Below, piece by piece: positions 55,552-64,000 of a stretch of DNA of 64,000 nucleotides. The stretch is from an uncultured Bacillota bacterium (lineage in GTDB: Bacteria; Bacillota; Clostridia; Christensenellales; UBA1242): the NCBI GenBank assembly GCA_946499835.1, contig CAMMTJ010000002.1, positions 13,292-77,291 of the forward strand, in the 5' to 3' direction. The stretch's first letter is position 1, and every line of letters begins with the position of its first letter. Both the position numbers and the translations under genes were made by a program. Below the pieces are notes generated by a model. It did no database searches, was not told the origin of the DNA, and worked only from the letters and a program-made list of their open reading frames with translations.

Positions 55552-57732
55552 ATGCTTAAAGATTTTGAAGTGCTTGCGCCAGTTGGCAACAAAGAGAGTT
55601 TTATGAGCGCCATAAATTGTGGCGCTGATGCTTTATATTTGGGAGTTGACGTGTTCAATGCACGTGCAAATATTGCAAACTTTTCGCTGGAAGATCTTGG
55701 CTCTATGCTTTCTTATGCGCACCTATTTGGAGTCAAAATTTATTTGACGCTCAACATTCTTTTTTATGATGATGAATTTGCACAGGTTGATAAAATAGTT
55801 TCTTATGCTTTGGAAAATGGCATTGACGGCTTTATTATTCAAGATATAGGACTTTATTATTATCTAAAAAATCGTTTTCCAAATGCGCCACTTCATGCAA
55901 GCACGCAAATGGGGATATGCAATTTGGAAGGGGCAAAGTTTGTTGAAAGTCTTGGTTTTGAAAGAGTGGTGCTTGCCAGAGAAGCATTGCTTGGAGAAAT
56001 TGCACGTGTGTCACAAGGGACAAAACTTGATATTGAATATTTTGTTCAAGGCGCACTTTGCGTATCATTTTCTGGAAACTGCTATCTTTCTTCTCTCCTT
56101 GCTGGTTGCAGTGGGAATAGAGGCAAGTGTAAGCAGTTTTGCAGATTGCCATTTTCAATTTCAAACGGCAAAGAGAAAAAAGAAGGATTTCTTCTCAGTT
56201 CAAAAGATTTTTGTATGAGCGAAAGGCTTGCTGACCTTGCAAAAGCAGGAGTGAAGTCTTTCAAAATTGAGGGGAGAGCTAGGCGTGCAACTTATGTCGG
56301 ACAAGCAGTGCGAACATACAAATCAGTTATACAAAATGGCTTGAAAGGGCAGAAGATTGACAGACTTAATCTTGCAAAAGTTTTCAATCGTGGAAATTTC
56401 ACAGATGGCTATTTTTCTGGTCAGAACATAATTTATCCACAAACTCAAAATCATATAGGCGTGGAAATAGGTTATGTCAAAGATGTGAAAAAGGGCAAAA
56501 AATTCAATGAAATCACAATTTTTTCAACTCATAATCTTCAAAAAGGAGATGCAATCAAGTTTTTTGTGGGTGAAAAAGAAGTTGACAGTATGGCTGTCCA
56601 TGATGTGAAAAAAATTGGAAAAAACTTGTTCATATTGACTGGTAAGGCTTTGCCAATTAAAAATGGAAAAGTGAATTTGATTGTTGATAGCGTTCAGGAA
56701 GAGGAAATATCAAAAATTTATCGCAAAATTGAAGTGAATGCGCACTTTGAGGCAAAGGTTGGGCAAAAGGCCGTTTTGACGTTTGAGGCAAACAATGTTT
56801 CTGTTTCCGTCACAAGTGATGAGGTCTGCCAAAAGGCACTGACGCGAGGAGTGAGCGAGGAGAATTGTCAAAGACAATTTGCCAAACTTGGCAAGATATT
56901 TGTTCTTAACAACATTGCCTGCGAGATGGAAGATGTGTTTATTCCACTTGGACAACTCAATGAGTTAAGACGCAAGGCGGAGGAGCAACTGCAAAGAAAA
57001 ATGCTTGAGCAGTATAACGAAAAAAACAATGTGAAAGAAAGGTCATATTGCTCACAGACAAAAATTTTGCTTGAAGACAAGCCTTATGGCTCATGCAAGA
57101 TGTTTGTGTTTGATAACAGTCAAAAACTCGTTGAGAGTTTCAACCATAAAGATATCTTTGTTTATAGTCCTTCTGAATATAACCGAGATGAGATTTCTTC
57201 CCTTTGCAAAAAGGCGGATGGGATGATATTTCTGTCTCTTCCAGTCATGGCAAGGGAGGAAGATATAGTTTTTCTCAAATCAATCTTTGCTCAAAATGAC
57301 AATCTTGGACTTGTAGCAAACAACTATTATGCTTTGTCACTTCTTCCAAAGGAAAAGGTGATTGTGGGAAGTGGCATGAATGTTGTCAATAGTTATGCTG
57401 TCAAGTTTTATGTTGATAATGGCTACAACAAAATCATATTAAGTCCTGAACTTGACGAAAGAAGAGTTGTCAGCAGTGGCGGAATGCTGTTTGCACCAGA
57501 AAAATTTTATCCTGAGTATATGAATTTTGCACATTGTCCAGTCAAAGAACATCTTGGCGGAAATTGTGGCAACTGTCGTTACACAAAAAGCATAAAGTAT
57601 AATTTTTCTGGCAAAGAGTTTGCACTTGTGCGAAGAAAAATGAAAAGTTGTCAATTTGTGCTCAAAGGCAACATTCCACTGCAAAGAAAGGTTTTTGTCA
57701 ATCCTTTGATAGAAGAATTTGATCAAGGCTGA
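55552..57732 (+). CDS. Peptidase U32 family protein (long form)
   Basis: 'EVLAPVGNKESFMSAINCGADALYLG', 'THASTQMG' and 'EYFVQGALCVSFSGNCYLS', typical of the U32 family; 726 aa. Confidence 0.85.
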   Translation: MLKDFEVLAPVGNKESFMSAINCGADALYLGVDVFNARANIANFSLEDLGSMLSYAHLFGVKIYLTLNILFYDDEFAQVDKIVSYALENGIDGFIIQDIGLYYYLKNRFPNAPLHASTQMGICNLEGAKFVESLGFERVVLAREALLGEIARVSQGTKLDIEYFVQGALCVSFSGNCYLSSLLAGCSGNRGKCKQFCRLPFSISNGKEKKEGFLLSSKDFCMSERLADLAKAGVKSFKIEGRARRATYVGQAVRTYKSVIQNGLKGQKIDRLNLAKVFNRGNFTDGYFSGQNIIYPQTQNHIGVEIGYVKDVKKGKKFNEITIFSTHNLQKGDAIKFFVGEKEVDSMAVHDVKKIGKNLFILTGKALPIKNGKVNLIVDSVQEEEISKIYRKIEVNAHFEAKVGQKAVLTFEANNVSVSVTSDEVCQKALTRGVSEENCQRQFAKLGKIFVLNNIACEMEDVFIPLGQLNELRRKAEEQLQRKMLEQYNEKNNVKERSYCSQTKILLEDKPYGSCKMFVFDNSQKLVESFNHKDIFVYSPSEYNRDEISSLCKKADGMIFLSLPVMAREEDIVFLKSIFAQNDNLGLVANNYYALSLLPKEKVIVGSGMNVVNSYAVKFYVDNGYNKIILSPELDERRVVSSGGMLFAPEKFYPEYMNFAHCPVKEHLGGNCGNCRYTKSIKYNFSGKEFALVRRKMKSCQFVLKGNIPLQRKVFVNPLIEEFDQG

Positions 57733-57751
57733 CCTGTTCAGCCTTTTTTTT
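57727..57751 (+). terminator. Intrinsic terminator
   Basis: Stem GGCTGA (57727-57732) / TCAGCC (57738-57743), followed by eight T residues. Confidence 0.8.
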
Positions 57752-57786
57752 GCGACAAAAAGAAAAGTCAAATCATATAAAATAGC

Positions 57787-58824
57787 ATGATTTCAAAAAA
57801 GATTATTTTCAGTAGCAATTTTTTTGATAACCTCGCTTACATAAAAGAGCAAGCCTATGACAAAAAAATTTGTCTTATGATCAAGGCGGATGGCTATGGG
57901 CATGGCATGGATGAGATTGTCAAACTTGCAACTGGCAGAATTGATGTGTTTGGAGTTTCAAATCAAGAAGAGGCTCTCCATTTTCGCAAACTTTCAAAAA
58001 GGGACAAAGTTATTGTTTTTGGAGCGTGCGAGAATTATGCTTTGTGCGCAAAAGAGGATATTGAGGTTGCTCTTTTTTCATACGATCAACTCAAAAAGAT
58101 TTTGAAGTCTTGCAAAAAAGCAGGCGTCAAACCAAAACTTCATCTCAACATCAACACGGGTATGAACCGTTTTGGCATTCAAAGCAAGAAAGAGTTTTTC
58201 AAAATTATCTCTCGACTTGTCAAAGAAAATTTGACGCTGGCAGGCATTTATACACACTTTTCTTCACTGACCACAGATGAAGAATATTCTCAAAGACAAA
58301 AAATGATTTTTGAAGAATATGCAAACGCCTTGCCATATGATTGGGATACCTGTGTTCACGTTGGCGGAGGTGGATCTTTGTTTGAAGATGTTGAATGTGA
58401 TATGATCAGGGTTGGTATGCTTGCTTATGGCTATGGCAATGAGTATGTAAAACCGGTGATGGCTATTGAGTCAGAAATTGCTGATATGCAATATGTCAAA
58501 GCGGGCGAGCATGTTGGTTATCTATGCGGTTTTACTGCACGTGAAGATATGGTGGTGGCAACAGTTCCGCTTGGTTATGCAGATGGGCTTCCAAGACTGT
58601 TATCAAACAATTTTGATGTCAAGATTGCTCTCAGGAAGGCAAGAAGCACGGGCAATATTTGCATGGACACCTTTATGGTTGATGTCAGTCACATTCCAGT
58701 TCAGGTCGGAGATAAGGTGATTGTGATGCAAGATGCTTCTCCGCTTGCGAAAATTTGCAAAACGACGCCTTATGAAATCTGCACAAATTTTATAAAATTT
58801 AGGGGAGAAAGTGTGATAAAATAA
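57787..58824 (+). CDS. alr: Alanine racemase
   Basis: PLP-lysine motif 'MIKADGYGHG', 'VHVGGGGS' and 'VPLGYADG'. At 345 aa it seems somewhat short for the family, by my recollection. Confidence 0.85.
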   Translation: MISKKIIFSSNFFDNLAYIKEQAYDKKICLMIKADGYGHGMDEIVKLATGRIDVFGVSNQEEALHFRKLSKRDKVIVFGACENYALCAKEDIEVALFSYDQLKKILKSCKKAGVKPKLHLNINTGMNRFGIQSKKEFFKIISRLVKENLTLAGIYTHFSSLTTDEEYSQRQKMIFEEYANALPYDWDTCVHVGGGGSLFEDVECDMIRVGMLAYGYGNEYVKPVMAIESEIADMQYVKAGEHVGYLCGFTAREDMVVATVPLGYADGLPRLLSNNFDVKIALRKARSTGNICMDTFMVDVSHIPVQVGDKVIVMQDASPLAKICKTTPYEICTNFIKFRGESVIK

Positions 58825-58854
58825 ACACTTTTTCTTTTTATTTTCGACAAAAGG

Positions 58855-58882
58855 TTGCATAAAAAATATTTTGTGGTATAAT
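58855..58882 (+). promoter_or_regulatory. Promoter, TTGCAT-16-TATAAT with TGTGG extension
   Basis: TTGCAT at 58855-58860; TGTGGTATAAT at 58872-58882. Confidence 0.6.
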
Positions 58883-58902
58883 AAAATTAAGGAGAAAAGA
58901 TC

Positions 58903-59424
58903 ATGTGGTTTTTTGGAAAGAAGAAAAAAGAAGAGAAGAGAGTAAAGGTTGAAGAAAAAGAGATAAAACAAGATATTCAAGAAGAGGTTGCAGAAAAAAA
59001 ACCTCAGAAAAAAGTTGAAAAGAAAAGCGGGCAAAAAAAGACCTCTGGTGCAAAGACAACAAAATCACAATCAGAAAAAAAACCTGAGAAAAAGGTTGTG
59101 AAAAAAGCAGAAACTCCAAAGACTGAGAAAAAGGCTGAACAGGTCAAAGCAGAAAAGAAGTCTGTGACAGTTAAGGCAGAAAAACCTGCTGATGCAAAAG
59201 CAGACAAAAAGACAGATGTGAAAAAAGAAAAGAAGGCTTTATACCGAGTTGTGTATGACAAAGAAAGCAAATCTTGGAAGATAAAGAAAGATGGCGCAAA
59301 ACGTGTTATAGATTCAAAGCACACAAAAGAAGAGGCTCTTGCTCGTGTCAACAAACTTGTTGAAAGTCAAGATGCAAAATATGTTGTCCACAAAAAGGAT
59401 GGCAAATTTCAAAAGAAACAATAA
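58903..59424 (+). CDS. Lys-rich low-complexity protein with a C-terminal DUF2188-like domain
   Basis: AAGGAGAA SD. The N-terminal ~110 aa are K/E/P/A repeats (EKKPQKKVEKK, EKKPEKKVVKK, KAEKK). The C-terminal 'YRVVYDKESKSWKIKKDGAKRVIDSKHTKEEALARVNKL...YVVHKKDGKFQ' resembles DUF2188. Confidence 0.6.
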   Translation: MWFFGKKKKEEKRVKVEEKEIKQDIQEEVAEKKPQKKVEKKSGQKKTSGAKTTKSQSEKKPEKKVVKKAETPKTEKKAEQVKAEKKSVTVKAEKPADAKADKKTDVKKEKKALYRVVYDKESKSWKIKKDGAKRVIDSKHTKEEALARVNKLVESQDAKYVVHKKDGKFQKKQ

Positions 59425-59452
59425 AAAACTGCTCAAAAAGAGCAGTTTTTTG
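59423..59452 (+). terminator. Intrinsic terminator
   Basis: Stem ACTGCTC (59428-59434) / GAGCAGT (59440-59446), followed by a T-run. Confidence 0.8.
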
Positions 59453-59473
59453 TTGTAAAAACAAGAATAATGT

Positions 59474-59501
59474 TTGACTGAAAAAAGAAAATTGTGATAA
59501 T
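59474..59501 (+). promoter_or_regulatory. Promoter, TTGACT-16-GATAAT with upstream TG
   Basis: TTGACT at 59474-59479; TGTGATAAT at 59493-59501. Confidence 0.5.
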
Positions 59502-59520
59502 ATCTTTTTAGGAAAAAATT

Positions 59521-61017
59521 ATGGCATTTTTGAAAAAACTCAGAGATTGTTCTTTTGCCGTTTTTGCAATCATTGTTCTGGTTTCGATTTTGATGGCTTG
59601 TGGTGTCGTTCAATTCGATGGTGACCTTTTTTGGAAATTTATCGTAGGGGCGGTCATTTTTGTTGTTGGACAAGCGTTATTTTTGATGAGTGCTCAAACG
59701 GGCATAATGCAAATGGGTCATAGCATTGGCTCAAATATTTCAAAATTCAAGCGAGGATCAGTTGTTTATATCATCGTGCTTCTTATCGCTTTTTCTTTGA
59801 CACTTGCTGAACCTGACATTCAATTATACTTGCAAGAAGTGAGCAAAATCACGCCAAGTATTTCATCTTTTCTTTTGCTTTTATTTTTTGCGATTGGCGT
59901 TGCTCTTTTTGCAATTTTTGGAATATTTAAGGTCACAAAACATATCAAACTGAAATATATCTTGCTTGGTGGATATTTGCTTATATTTTTGCTCATTATC
60001 TTTATGCCAGCAGGATATTTGGGCTTTTCGTTTGATGCCAGCGGTGTGACAACAGGTGCAATCACTGTGCCAGTTCTTCTCACTTTGATGAGCGGTATTT
60101 CAGGACTTAAAGCAAAAAACTCACAAGACGACAGTTTTGGGCTGGTTGGCATTGCATCTTTTGGCCCTATTTTTGTTGTGCTTATCATAGGACTTATTGT
60201 TGGACACCCAGATGATTCACTGATAAATATGGGATCAAATGCAACTTCGTTTTTGTCAATCTTGGGTGACAGCGCATGGAGATCACTTATCGCTTTCGTG
60301 CCAATCTGTATTGTGTTCTTGGTGGTGAATTTCATTGTCTTAAAATTGCCAAAACGTCAAATTGCAAGAATTTTCATCTCTGTCTTATTCAGTTTTGTTG
60401 GTCTTGTTTTGTTTTTTGTAGGTATCTATTTCGGCTTTGCTGGCATGGCAGATCATGTGGGAGAACAACTTGGAAATTTTGTCAACAATAATTCGGCAGG
60501 TTGGGTGCTGATTTTGGCTTTCATGGCAGTGCTTGGATTGACGCTTGTTTTCACTGAGCCGTCAATTGGAATTCTTGCCAATCAAATAAGACAAGTTACA
60601 AATGGTTTTATTAAAAAACGAGTATATTTGCTGATCATGGGCATAGGTATGTCAATTGCACTGATTTTAGGTGCACTGAAAATAATGTTCGAGATAAACA
60701 TTCTCTACATTTTGATTCCTGTGCTTGTGATAATTTTGTTGCTTTCCTTTTTCGTCCAAGAGATCTTTGTCGGCATAGCGTTAGACACAGGGGCGTCAGC
60801 CTCAGGTTCCATGCTGGTCGCATTCGTGTTTCCAATTTTGTTTGCGATTGCTTCCACAATCGGCGTGAGAATCTTTGATTATGCTTTTGGCGTTATTGCA
60901 CTTGTGGCCACCATTCCAATCATCACAGTGGAACTTTTGGGGCTTTCCTATAAAATAAAATTAAAAAGGAGGAAAAAAGATGCACAAATGTCTGATAATA
61001 GAACGAATGAGCAGTGA
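59521..61017 (+). CDS. Polytopic membrane protein, DUF1538-like (duplicated)
   Basis: 498 aa with about 12 hydrophobic spans. 'FDASGVTTGAITVPVLL' and 'LDTGASASGSMLVAFVFPI' look like the two halves of a duplicated DUF1538-type permease. A P-II-like gene follows, which is the usual context for this family. Confidence 0.55.
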   Translation: MAFLKKLRDCSFAVFAIIVLVSILMACGVVQFDGDLFWKFIVGAVIFVVGQALFLMSAQTGIMQMGHSIGSNISKFKRGSVVYIIVLLIAFSLTLAEPDIQLYLQEVSKITPSISSFLLLLFFAIGVALFAIFGIFKVTKHIKLKYILLGGYLLIFLLIIFMPAGYLGFSFDASGVTTGAITVPVLLTLMSGISGLKAKNSQDDSFGLVGIASFGPIFVVLIIGLIVGHPDDSLINMGSNATSFLSILGDSAWRSLIAFVPICIVFLVVNFIVLKLPKRQIARIFISVLFSFVGLVLFFVGIYFGFAGMADHVGEQLGNFVNNNSAGWVLILAFMAVLGLTLVFTEPSIGILANQIRQVTNGFIKKRVYLLIMGIGMSIALILGALKIMFEINILYILIPVLVIILLLSFFVQEIFVGIALDTGASASGSMLVAFVFPILFAIASTIGVRIFDYAFGVIALVATIPIITVELLGLSYKIKLKRRKKDAQMSDNRTNEQ

Positions 61018-61570
61018 AAAAAAGATATTAGACTTGCTTAACGAAAATGGATCTAACAACTATGCCATAGTCTATGGCAGAGGGGCATACAAGGGACTGT
61101 TTGATTTCAAAGAGCATAATCGAAGTTTGATATTTTTTGAAACGAACAACGAAAAACAGATAAAAGACTATGTAAAAAATGAATTGCATTTTGATGAGGG
61201 CAACACTGGAATTATGATAACCTTTAAGGGAGGGAATATGAAAAAGAATTATCAACTTGTCGTAACTATTGTAAGTGCTGGATTCAGTGATGAGGTTATG
61301 AATAAGGCTAGGCAGTGCGGAGCGACTGGTGGCACAATTATTGACGGACGTGGCACTGGTGCAAAGCAGGCATCTTTTATGGGAATGCAAATTGACAGTC
61401 AAAAGGAAATTGTGTTAAGTGTTGTGCCAGATGATATTGCAAATCAAATGGTAAAAAGCATCACAAAATTCATCAAGGAAGATGAAAATGTCAGTGGAAT
61501 TTGTTTTGGACTTCCAGTGAGTGAATATATAGGCATAAATCTTGACAACAATAAACCTGAAAAAAAATAA
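60980..61570 (+). CDS. P-II-like signal transduction protein, apparently two tandem P-II-like domains
   Basis: The ATG at 60980 lies 7 nt after AGGAGG and overlaps the upstream gene by 38 nt. The second half, 'YQLVVTIVSAGFSDEVMNKARQCGATGGTIIDGRGTG...KEIVLSVVPDDIANQMVKSI', has the P-II beta-alpha-beta pattern. The first half shows a weaker version of it. Confidence 0.55.
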   Translation: MHKCLIIERMSSEKKILDLLNENGSNNYAIVYGRGAYKGLFDFKEHNRSLIFFETNNEKQIKDYVKNELHFDEGNTGIMITFKGGNMKKNYQLVVTIVSAGFSDEVMNKARQCGATGGTIIDGRGTGAKQASFMGMQIDSQKEIVLSVVPDDIANQMVKSITKFIKEDENVSGICFGLPVSEYIGINLDNNKPEKK

Positions 61571-61591
61571 AGGCTGAGAAGGAGTTTATAA

Positions 61592-62149
61592 ATGGTAAAT
61601 ACTCAAGAAAAAATAATTCAATGTTCTCTGTGTGGTCATTTACCTAAACTGACAGAAAAGTCCATGCAATATGGAAATACAAATTTTATAATTATTGGAG
61701 AAAGTCCTGCAAAAGATGGATGGATAGAAAGCAAGAGGGCATTTTATAATACCTTGGGTAAGTTGCAAGGCACTGGAAGAGTTTTGGAAAAACTTTTGAA
61801 TAATATTGGATTGTCTATTGATGATATATATTTTACTGAATGTTGCAAATGTGTGATAACTGACAGAAGCAAACTCGAAAAATGTTCAAAAAATTGCATG
61901 CCTATATTAGCAGAACAATTAAACAATATTCCTTGTGAAATTATATTAACTATGGGAGTTCATCCAACACAAGCCATTTTGCATACCAAAATCAAAAAAT
62001 TTGCAGACTATGTTGGAAAAGAATTTGATATATCTATTGGACGAAAAAATTATAAACTTATTCCAATATATCATCCAAGCCCTTTGAATCCAAAAGGATA
62101 TAAGGATAATGTTTCAATATTTGAAAAATTAAAAAAGAACTCAATTTAA
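61592..62149 (+). CDS. Uracil-DNA glycosylase superfamily protein (family 4/5-like, probable 4Fe-4S)
   Basis: 'FIIIGESPAKDGW' (motif A-like) and 'IYHPSPLN' (motif B). The Cys pattern CSLC ... CCKC ... CSKNC is spaced as in the Fe-S UDG families. Confidence 0.7.
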   Translation: MVNTQEKIIQCSLCGHLPKLTEKSMQYGNTNFIIIGESPAKDGWIESKRAFYNTLGKLQGTGRVLEKLLNNIGLSIDDIYFTECCKCVITDRSKLEKCSKNCMPILAEQLNNIPCEIILTMGVHPTQAILHTKIKKFADYVGKEFDISIGRKNYKLIPIYHPSPLNPKGYKDNVSIFEKLKKNSI

Positions 62150-62165
62150 TTATTGAGTTCTTTTT
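62131..62165. terminator. Bidirectional intrinsic terminator
   Basis: Stem GAACTCAAT (62137-62145) / ATTGAGTTC (62152-62160) flanked by an A-run and a T-run. It overlaps the 3' end of the UDG gene and lies between convergent genes. Confidence 0.8.
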
Positions 62166-62172
62166 GTTAGCA

Positions 62173-62835
62173 TCAAAAGCGGGATTCATTGTTTGTTATT
62201 TCAATTTGATTCACTTTGTTTTCAAAAATTCCAATGATACTTTTATGAATTTCTTCAATAGATTTGGTTGCATCAATGACTTTTATGCGTTCTGGTTCTG
62301 TTGAGGCTATGCTGTCATAACCTGCGAGCACTTTTTCGTGAAATGAAAGACCTTCAAGTTCCATCCTGTCAAACACATCATCCTTTTTGCGTGCGAAAGC
62401 CTCGGCAGGGGTTATTCTCAAATAAAAGGTGATGTCTGGTTTAAGTGATGGCATAAACATTTCATGAAGTTTTTTTACGTTTTCAGGTGAAAGGATGCCT
62501 CTTGCACATGATTGATATGCGATTGTTGAATCAATAAAGCGATCTGCAACCACGATCTTGCCTTCATTTAATGCCGGTCTGATCACCTCTTCCACAATTT
62601 GAGCACGGCTGGCACAGAAAAGCAGAAGTTCTGCCATAGGAACAGGTGGGTCTTGTTGGTCACCGAGAAGCAGTTGCCTTATTTTCTCGCCAAGACCAGT
62701 TCCACCAGGCTCTCGTATAAAAACAAAATCATCTTTGTTTGCAAGTGAAGAGACATATTCTTTGAACAGGCGGACTTGTGTTGATTTTCCACAACCTTCT
62801 CCACCTTCAAATGTGATAAAAAGACCTTTTTTCAT
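62173..62835 (-). CDS. tmk: Thymidylate kinase
   Basis: 'GLFITFEGGEGCGKSTQ' P-loop, 'IREPGGT' and 'DRFIDSTIAYQ'. Confidence 0.92.
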   Translation of the reverse strand: MKKGLFITFEGGEGCGKSTQVRLFKEYVSSLANKDDFVFIREPGGTGLGEKIRQLLLGDQQDPPVPMAELLLFCASRAQIVEEVIRPALNEGKIVVADRFIDSTIAYQSCARGILSPENVKKLHEMFMPSLKPDITFYLRITPAEAFARKKDDVFDRMELEGLSFHEKVLAGYDSIASTEPERIKVIDATKSIEEIHKSIIGIFENKVNQIEITNNESRF

Positions 62836-62853
62836 AGTTTTTTCTCCTTTTGT

Positions 62854-64000
62854 TTATTCACCTTTTTTGTCTTTGAAAAATTGATATACAACGTGTGCAT
62901 CTTTTTCACTTATTCCATTTACCGAAGCGATTTCGGCAGGGGAGGCTGATGCAATCTTTTCACTTGTGCCAAACGCTTTCAAAAGGGCGTCTCTTTTCTT
63001 TGGCCCGATACCTTTGATTTGGTCAAGTTCGCTTTCAGTTTGTTTTTTGCCTCTGATTTGCCTGTGGAAAGTGATGGCAAACCTATGAGCCTCATCCCTT
63101 ATGCGTTGAAGCATTTTCAGTTCTGCACTTCCAGGTTTGAGAAGAATAGGTGTGCTCGAATTTGGCTTAAAAACTTCTTCTATCCTTTTGGCAAGGCTGA
63201 CCATATCAATGCCTTGCACACCACTTTCTTGCAAAATTCCGTAGGTGGAAGAAAGTTGCCCCTTTCCGCCGTCTATGATGATGAGGTCAGGCTTTTCTTT
63301 GAAACTTTCGCCATCACCACCAACAAGTCTTTTAAGTCTTCTTGTCAGTGCTTCTGCAAGTGAAGCAAAATCGTTTGAGCCTTTGACCGACTTTATCTTA
63401 AATTTGCGATAGTCTTTCTTGGATGGTTCGCCATTTTTGAAAACAACCATAGAGCAAACTTTGTTTGTCCCGCTTATGTTTGAAATATCATAACATTCCA
63501 TTCTAAGTGGCATATTTGTCAGGTTCAACTTTTCTTTGAGCACTTTGAGAGCACCAAAAGTGTTGTTATATTTCAATCTTTCCTTTTCAATATGTTTTTC
63601 AAGATAATCTTTTGCATTATCCTTTGCCATATCGAGCAGTGTTTTGTTGACGCCATGAGGATTTGAAATAAGGTTGACCTTTTTGCCAAGGTATGTGAAA
63701 AACAGTTCTTTGTCAGGCAGGTCATGACTGAGAATAATATCATGAGGAAGAAGTAGTTTTTGATAATATTGAATCAAAAAGTTGAATAGAGTTTGACTTT
63801 CTTCCAGTTCTGCATCAAGACATGGATAATTGACAACGCCAAGTATCTTTCCGCCACGAACAACCATGTTGGTTATCACGCCAGACAGCCCGTCAGTGAC
63901 AAAAGCAAAAACGTCCTTATTGACATCTTTTGGCAAATTTGCCACAACACGTTGTTTTAGTTTTGCGATCATTTTCAGCCTATCTCGAAGAAGAAGAGCG
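62854..64000 (-). CDS. uvrC: Excinuclease ABC subunit C, N-terminal part beyond the window edge
   Basis: The reading frame stays open from the track's ATG (63972) to nt 64000 (..ALLLRDRLKMIAK..). It has the UvrC endonuclease V-like region ('MECYDISNISGT', 'PDLIIIDGGKGQL', 'RDEAHRFAI') and a C-terminal (HhH)2 ('IKGIGPKKRDALLKAFGT'). The GIY-YIG and UVR domains are missing from the window. Confidence 0.9.
   Translation of the reverse strand, partial: ALLLRDRLKMIAKLKQRVVANLPKDVNKDVFAFVTDGLSGVITNMVVRGGKILGVVNYPCLDAELEESQTLFNFLIQYYQKLLLPHDIILSHDLPDKELFFTYLGKKVNLISNPHGVNKTLLDMAKDNAKDYLEKHIEKERLKYNNTFGALKVLKEKLNLTNMPLRMECYDISNISGTNKVCSMVVFKNGEPSKKDYRKFKIKSVKGSNDFASLAEALTRRLKRLVGGDGESFKEKPDLIIIDGGKGQLSSTYGILQESGVQGIDMVSLAKRIEEVFKPNSSTPILLKPGSAELKMLQRIRDEAHRFAITFHRQIRGKKQTESELDQIKGIGPKKRDALLKAFGTSEKIASASPAEIASVNGISEKDAHVVYQFFKDKKGE

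Overview
AT-rich bacterial chromosomal segment with Bacillota-type expression signals: TTGACA / TRTGnTATAAT promoters, AGGAG Shine-Dalgarno sites, a T-box leader and hairpin plus T-run terminators. I cannot place it taxonomically beyond a low-GC, anaerobic (nrdDG) Bacillota-like lineage. The backbone is housekeeping: uvrB, uvrA, uvrC (partial), metG, nrdD-nrdG, rsmH / ftsL-like / class B PBP, glyQS, aspS, an ABC-F ATPase, cls, tmk, alr, a GT4 glycosyltransferase, a ZIP transporter, a U32 peptidase, a UDG-family protein and tRNA-Arg(ACG). Between these sit unusually large envelope protein genes: a GLUG-repeat protein of at least 2136 aa that runs off the left edge, a 3530-aa orphan protein, a 784-aa GLUG protein, a 979-aa CvpA fusion and a 490-aa Ig-like protein. 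Wherever the N-terminus is visible, these proteins have only an N-terminal membrane anchor. The most interesting items are the non-repetitive 3530-codon ORF (37589-48181) behind a 425-bp extremely AT-rich region; the scrambled fragments of tRNA-Arg around the intact gene; several genes whose -10 box sits 5-6 nt from an ATG with no SD (candidate leaderless mRNAs); a MetRS whose HIGH signature reads TLGN; and a pair of membrane-tethered winged-helix-like paralogs bracketing an unknown gene just upstream of uvrB. I saw no CRISPR array, rRNA, transposase, integrase or phage structural genes. All functional calls come from motifs read by eye in the supplied translations, and no database search was run.
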